The notes under the pieces: generated by a model
The model's database searches: none
What the model saw: the letters and a program-made list of their open reading frames with translations, nothing else
What the model was told of the DNA's origin: nothing
Made by a program: the position numbers and the translations under genes
Assembly: GCA_963790475.1 (NCBI GenBank)
Contig: CAWBOS010000006.1
Coordinates: 320,001-384,000, forward strand
Direction of reading: 5' to 3'
DNA from: an uncultured delta proteobacterium
GTDB lineage: Bacteria > Desulfobacterota > RBG-13-43-22
DNA: 64,000 nt
Shown: positions 59,969 through 64,000 of the stretch, piece after piece
Layout of the letters: every line of letters starts with the position of its first letter
Numbering within the stretch: the stretch's first letter is position 1

Positions 59969-61162
59969 ATGTTTGTAGATTTTTTTTATTTTCTGAAAAA
60001 AGTGGGGATCCCGGTTTCACCGACCTCATTTTTGAGGTTGCAGAAGGCCCTTGGTATGGGATTAGTCAATTCCCTGGATGACTTTTATATCGCCGCCCGG
60101 ACCGTTCTGGTCAAGAGTGAACGCTATTTTGATCTATACGATCAAGCTTTTGCCCACCACTTTCGCGGAGTCGAATTTAAAGAAGGGGACGAATTCGAAT
60201 TGGACGAATTGGCCCGGGCGTTATTGGAACAGTGGCTTAAAAAACCGGAGGATGTGGCCCAGGCCTTGGGGGTGGATGAAGAGGAACTGAAAAAATTAAC
60301 CCCTGAGGAATTGCTCCAATATTTCCTGGACCGGTTAAAGGAACAAACTGAGGCCCATCACGGGGGCGATAAATGGATCGGGACCAGCGGGACTTCTCCG
60401 GTGGGCCATTCCGGTACGCACCCGGGAGGGATGCGGGTGGGCGGCACGGGGGGCGGTAAGTCCGCCGTTAAAGTGGCCCTGGACCGGAGATACAGGGACT
60501 ATTCCCAGGAAGGTCCCCTTACCCAGTCTCAGGTCGGAGAAGCCTTGAAACGACTCCGGCATATGATTCCGGTTGGTCCCAGGGATACCGTCAATATCGA
60601 CAAAACCATTTATGAAACCATGAAAAATGCCGGGGAAATTGAGATTATTTTTGACCAGAGTCTCAAAAACCGGCTCAAGGTGATTCTGGCTATTGATAAC
60701 GGCGGCTGGTCCATGGACCCGTATGTCGATCTGGTCCAAACCCTTTTTAATTATGCCCGGGACCAGTTCAAGGACCTGAAAACATTTTTCTTCCATAACA
60801 CCATTTACGACTATCTCTGGGAAGATGCGCCGAGACGCGCCAAACCCTTGGCCACCGATCACCTGATCCGTCTGGATCCGGAGACGCGGTTTATTATCGT
60901 CGGCGATGCCAGTATGGCCCCTTATGAATTGCTGGGTAATGACGGCTACATTTATGTCGGAGAGCGCTCCGGCCGGCCCAGTTACGAAAGGCTGAAGTTC
61001 ATTGCCGATACCTTCACCCGAGCCATTTGGATTAATCCCGTTTTGGAAAAGGATTGGTCCTACACCCGGACCATCAACCAGATTCGGGAGATTTTTCCCA
61101 TGTTCGAATTGACCCTGGACGGTCTGGAAAAGGCCGTAACCCACATGATGTCCAAACACTAG
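59969..61162 (+). CDS. VWA domain protein (CoxE-like), MoxR partner
   Basis: GGDKWIGTSGTSP.GH.G, MIDAS-like DNGGWSM, FHN, VGDASM.PYEL, W.NP. Confidence 0.88.
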   Translation: MFVDFFYFLKKVGIPVSPTSFLRLQKALGMGLVNSLDDFYIAARTVLVKSERYFDLYDQAFAHHFRGVEFKEGDEFELDELARALLEQWLKKPEDVAQALGVDEEELKKLTPEELLQYFLDRLKEQTEAHHGGDKWIGTSGTSPVGHSGTHPGGMRVGGTGGGKSAVKVALDRRYRDYSQEGPLTQSQVGEALKRLRHMIPVGPRDTVNIDKTIYETMKNAGEIEIIFDQSLKNRLKVILAIDNGGWSMDPYVDLVQTLFNYARDQFKDLKTFFFHNTIYDYLWEDAPRRAKPLATDHLIRLDPETRFIIVGDASMAPYELLGNDGYIYVGERSGRPSYERLKFIADTFTRAIWINPVLEKDWSYTRTINQIREIFPMFELTLDGLEKAVTHMMSKH

Positions 61163-61171
61163 TCAAAGATT

Positions 61172-61272
61172 TTTGAAATTCCGGAATCCAGGAGCCAGGA
61201 CGCAGAATTCAGAATGAGGATGAATCGAAAAAAAGATTTGTGGTTTATTCCGGATTTTGACTCCTGGATTCC
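61172..61272. repeat. Heptamer-built intergenic palindromic repeat, copy 3 (reverse orientation)
   Basis: GAATCCAGGAGCCAGGA..CAGAATTCAGAATGAGGATGAATC is the reverse complement of part of copy 1. Confidence 0.7.
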
Positions 61273-61365
61273 ATCCCTGGCAAAAAATTAAAACAGGTAA
61301 GTATATTATACGGAATAAATCCTCAGACTGAACATAGGTCAGAATTGAATTCAAGGGATCATCCG

Positions 61366-61587
61366 ATGAATGGCAAAAATCGGGTTGATATCCGACCCGG
61401 AGCCCGGGTACGGGTGGTACAGAAACAGGATCAGCCTTCCGGGAAACTCACCGAAGGAATCGTCAAGGATATCCTTACCAAATCTCCTAATCATCCCCAT
61501 GGAATCAAAGTGCGCCTGACCAGCGGCGTAATTGGCCGGGTGAAAACGATCCTTCTCGAAAGCCGGGGGGAGGAATTATTTTTATAG
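61366..61587 (+). CDS. YwbE family protein
   Basis: KQDQ.SGKLTEG.VKDILT.S..HPHGIKVRL..G.IGRV. Confidence 0.9.
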   Translation: MNGKNRVDIRPGARVRVVQKQDQPSGKLTEGIVKDILTKSPNHPHGIKVRLTSGVIGRVKTILLESRGEELFL

Positions 61588-61694
61588 AACCGGGAGCGCT
61601 TAGACAACGAATCACTGAAATATCCAGACGGCCGGCAAGGGAAAGAAGCTTTTAATCAAATCACCTGAAAACAGGTCTAAAGAATCGAACCGAA

Positions 61695-61964
61695 ATGCCT
61701 TCCCTAATCATCCTCAAGGGGGAAATTACGCTTCATAACCTGGATTGGTTGAACGATCAGCTCCTGTCGGCCCTTCAGGATCGAGGAGATGTATCCTTCT
61801 CCTGCAACAACTTGGATTACTTAGACACCGCGGCCTTTCAACTCTTGGTTTCATTTAAAAAGTCCCTTGAAAACCGTTCGCTTATTTTTCAAGATGTCCC
61901 TAGGGAGATCATTAAAATGGCGGATCTGCTGGGTTTGACCCCTTTTCTCAAGTTAGGAGGATAA
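61695..61964 (+). CDS. STAS domain protein
   Basis: L.GEIT, LDYLDTAAFQLL; precedes cheY-cheA. Confidence 0.85.
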   Translation: MPSLIILKGEITLHNLDWLNDQLLSALQDRGDVSFSCNNLDYLDTAAFQLLVSFKKSLENRSLIFQDVPREIIKMADLLGLTPFLKLGG

Positions 61965-61970
61965 CCGATC

Positions 61971-62348
61971 ATGGACCGAGATATTCTGATTGTCGATGAT
62001 TCCCCGACCCTTCGGACCTCCCTGGGCTTCTGTCTGGAAAATGCCGGTTATCAAATCGTTCAGTCGGAAAACGGTCAGGACGGTTTGGACACATTGGCCC
62101 GACTTAAGGAAGAGGGGAAAACCATATCCTTGATCATCACCGATATCAACATGCCGATTATGGATGGCATTCGTTTTATTCAGGAAGTCAAGGAAACTTC
62201 CTTCCGGTTTGTCCCCATTTTGGTTTTGAGTACCGAAACCGAGAGAAGCTTGAAAGATCAGGCCAAGGCCGCCGGGGCCGCCGGTTGGCTGGCTAAACCT
62301 TTCCGTCCGGAGCAACTGCTTTGGGTCGTAAAAAAATTTATCAGGTAA
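61971..62348 (+). CDS. cheY: Chemotaxis response regulator
   Basis: ILIVDDS, ITDINMP.MDG, LSTE, KPF. Confidence 0.9.
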   Translation: MDRDILIVDDSPTLRTSLGFCLENAGYQIVQSENGQDGLDTLARLKEEGKTISLIITDINMPIMDGIRFIQEVKETSFRFVPILVLSTETERSLKDQAKAAGAAGWLAKPFRPEQLLWVVKKFIR

Positions 62349-62383
62349 GATAAATTTTAGCTATCTTATCAGGAAACGGTGAT

Positions 62384-64000
62384 TTGGAAAGCAACGAACT
62401 CTTAGAGATTTATTTTTCTGAGGCCGAAGACCTTCTCCAACGGATCGAGAAAAGCCTCCTGGTCCTGGAAGAGATGTCCGACGATCCTGCCCAGATTCAG
62501 GAGTTATTTCGTGCCGTCCACACCATGAAGAGCAGTGCAGCCATGGTAGGATTTGATACCATCTCGGAGTATGCCCATCTTTTGGAGAACCTCCTCGACC
62601 GGTTGCGGAGTGGGCGGCTTCAATCCTCCCGATCCTTGATCTCTCTTTTCCTTACCGGCCAGGGATTGTTGCGAAACATGGTCGAAAAGGCCTCTCGCGG
62701 GGAGGAACCGATCACCCCCTTTGAACTGACGGCTCAAAAAGAACAACTGGCCCGGTTCATGGGTATTCCGGGTAGGGAAGAAGCGGCCTCGGTCTTGCCT
62801 TCAATTCTATCTTTAAAGGAAGAGCAAGACCATTTTTATAAAATCGTCCTTTCCTTTAAAGAAGATCTGTTTTTTTCCGGGCAAGATCCCTTGATGCTCC
62901 TCAGAGAACTTCAGGACCTGGGGGAGATTGTCCAGGTGAAAGCCGATTGCTCCCGGGTTCCAGAGATTACCCAATTGAATCCTTTTGCCCTCTATCTCTC
63001 CTGGAAAATCCTGTTTCGAACCAAGGAACCCTCGGCTTCCATTGAGGAAGTCTTTTGTTTTGTCAAAGATGATCATCCACTGGAAATAACGGATGCTACC
63101 CGGGAGTTTCCTGAAGGGATCGATCGGTCCCTGGCCGACAAACGAATCGGAGAAATACTTATTGAGGAGGGGTTCATAAATTCAGAGGATTTAAGGGAAG
63201 CTTTACAGGATCAAAAAAAAATCGGCCAAGTACTTTTGGAAAAGGGAAAAGTGGAGGCGAAAACCATTTCCCAGCTCATGGCCGAACAAGAAAAAAGCCG
63301 CATCCTGCAAAGGAAATCGACCATCAGGGTGGACACCCAAAAATTGGATAATTTGGCCAATTTCGTGGAAGAATTGTCGGTTAATCTTTCCAGGGTTTCC
63401 CACGAAATGGAAAAAAATGGTCCCGCCTCCTCCCGGGTCATATTGGAAGAAATGGACCGGGTAGAACAGAATTTAAGAGAAATCCGCGAACAGGTCATGC
63501 GCGTTCGGATGTTTCCCCTGGAAGGGACTTTTCAGAGACTCCAACGGATGGCCCGGGACCTGACCGTCGAGGAAGGGAAAGAAGCCAGGATCGAGATCCA
63601 GGGGTCGGAGACCGAATTGGATAAGGATGTGATCGAGCAGATCACCGACCCGCTGAAACATTGTATCCGAAATGCTGTCGATCATGGAATCGAGTCCCCG
63701 GAAGAACGATTGAAAAGCGGTAAACAACCCCAGGGACTCCTGTCCATCAAGGCCTTTCAAAGGGAAGGGAAAATTTTTATCCAGGTTGCCGACGACGGCC
63801 GGGGACTGGATCTGGAAGCCATCTACCGGAAGGCGGTTGAAAAAAAGCTCATCTCTCCGGAAACTAGGCCGGCACCGGCAGAATTGCAGCGTTTGATCCT
63901 GCTTCCGGGTTTTTCTACAGTTGAAAATATTTCCGATCTTTCCGGCCGAGGGGTCGGTATGGATGTGGTCCAGGACCAAATCTCTCGAATAGGGGGTCAG
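62384..64000 (+). CDS. cheA: Chemotaxis histidine kinase CheA (runs off the window end)
   Basis: Not in the ORF track; manual translation from TTG 62384 gives Hpt FRAVHTMKSSA, IRVD..KLD, HCIRNAVDHGIE, DDGRG, GFST, SGRGVGMDVV. Confidence 0.93.
   Translation, partial: MESNELLEIYFSEAEDLLQRIEKSLLVLEEMSDDPAQIQELFRAVHTMKSSAAMVGFDTISEYAHLLENLLDRLRSGRLQSSRSLISLFLTGQGLLRNMVEKASRGEEPITPFELTAQKEQLARFMGIPGREEAASVLPSILSLKEEQDHFYKIVLSFKEDLFFSGQDPLMLLRELQDLGEIVQVKADCSRVPEITQLNPFALYLSWKILFRTKEPSASIEEVFCFVKDDHPLEITDATREFPEGIDRSLADKRIGEILIEEGFINSEDLREALQDQKKIGQVLLEKGKVEAKTISQLMAEQEKSRILQRKSTIRVDTQKLDNLANFVEELSVNLSRVSHEMEKNGPASSRVILEEMDRVEQNLREIREQVMRVRMFPLEGTFQRLQRMARDLTVEEGKEARIEIQGSETELDKDVIEQITDPLKHCIRNAVDHGIESPEERLKSGKQPQGLLSIKAFQREGKIFIQVADDGRGLDLEAIYRKAVEKKLISPETRPAPAELQRLILLPGFSTVENISDLSGRGVGMDVVQDQISRIGGQ

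Noticed and set aside
61163-61354. 63-aa minus-strand ORF, possibly the N-terminus of a membrane protein
   Set aside because: Mostly translates a repeat element; too little signal

Overview
Chromosomal window from an anaerobic bacterium, most likely Desulfobacterota/Deltaproteobacteria (inferred from gene content and intergenic repeats). Left part: an FMN glutamate-synthase-like gene with a dual-hairpin ANTAR/terminator leader next to a GAF-ANTAR gene, a core MetE (MesB-like), ychF, acyl-CoA metabolism genes, and a corrinoid methyltransferase cluster (corrinoid protein, 3 intact + 1 truncated UroD/MtaA-fold proteins, pterin-binding methyltransferase) preceded by a GH3 glycosidase. At 17.9-19.8 kb lies an unusual IS-like element: no terminal inverted repeats, CCTAAG at both junctions, subterminal hairpins, a structured ~165-nt leader and a 552-aa non-DDE protein. 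Middle: Rrf2-cydAB-rubrerythrin, an arylsulfatase, a MerB-like gene with two in-frame UGA codons at the catalytic Cys positions (each followed by a SECIS-like hairpin), and a mosaic of orphan and decayed genes. Right part: deleted IS1182-like element, yajD, ABC-F, molybdopterin oxidoreductase, pagL, tldD, ssb, sirC-ccsA-hemA, rng, tRNA-Val and tRNA-Asp with MITEs, MoxR/VWA and the start of a chemotaxis operon (cheA runs off the end). Family calls come from motif recognition by eye; no searches were run.
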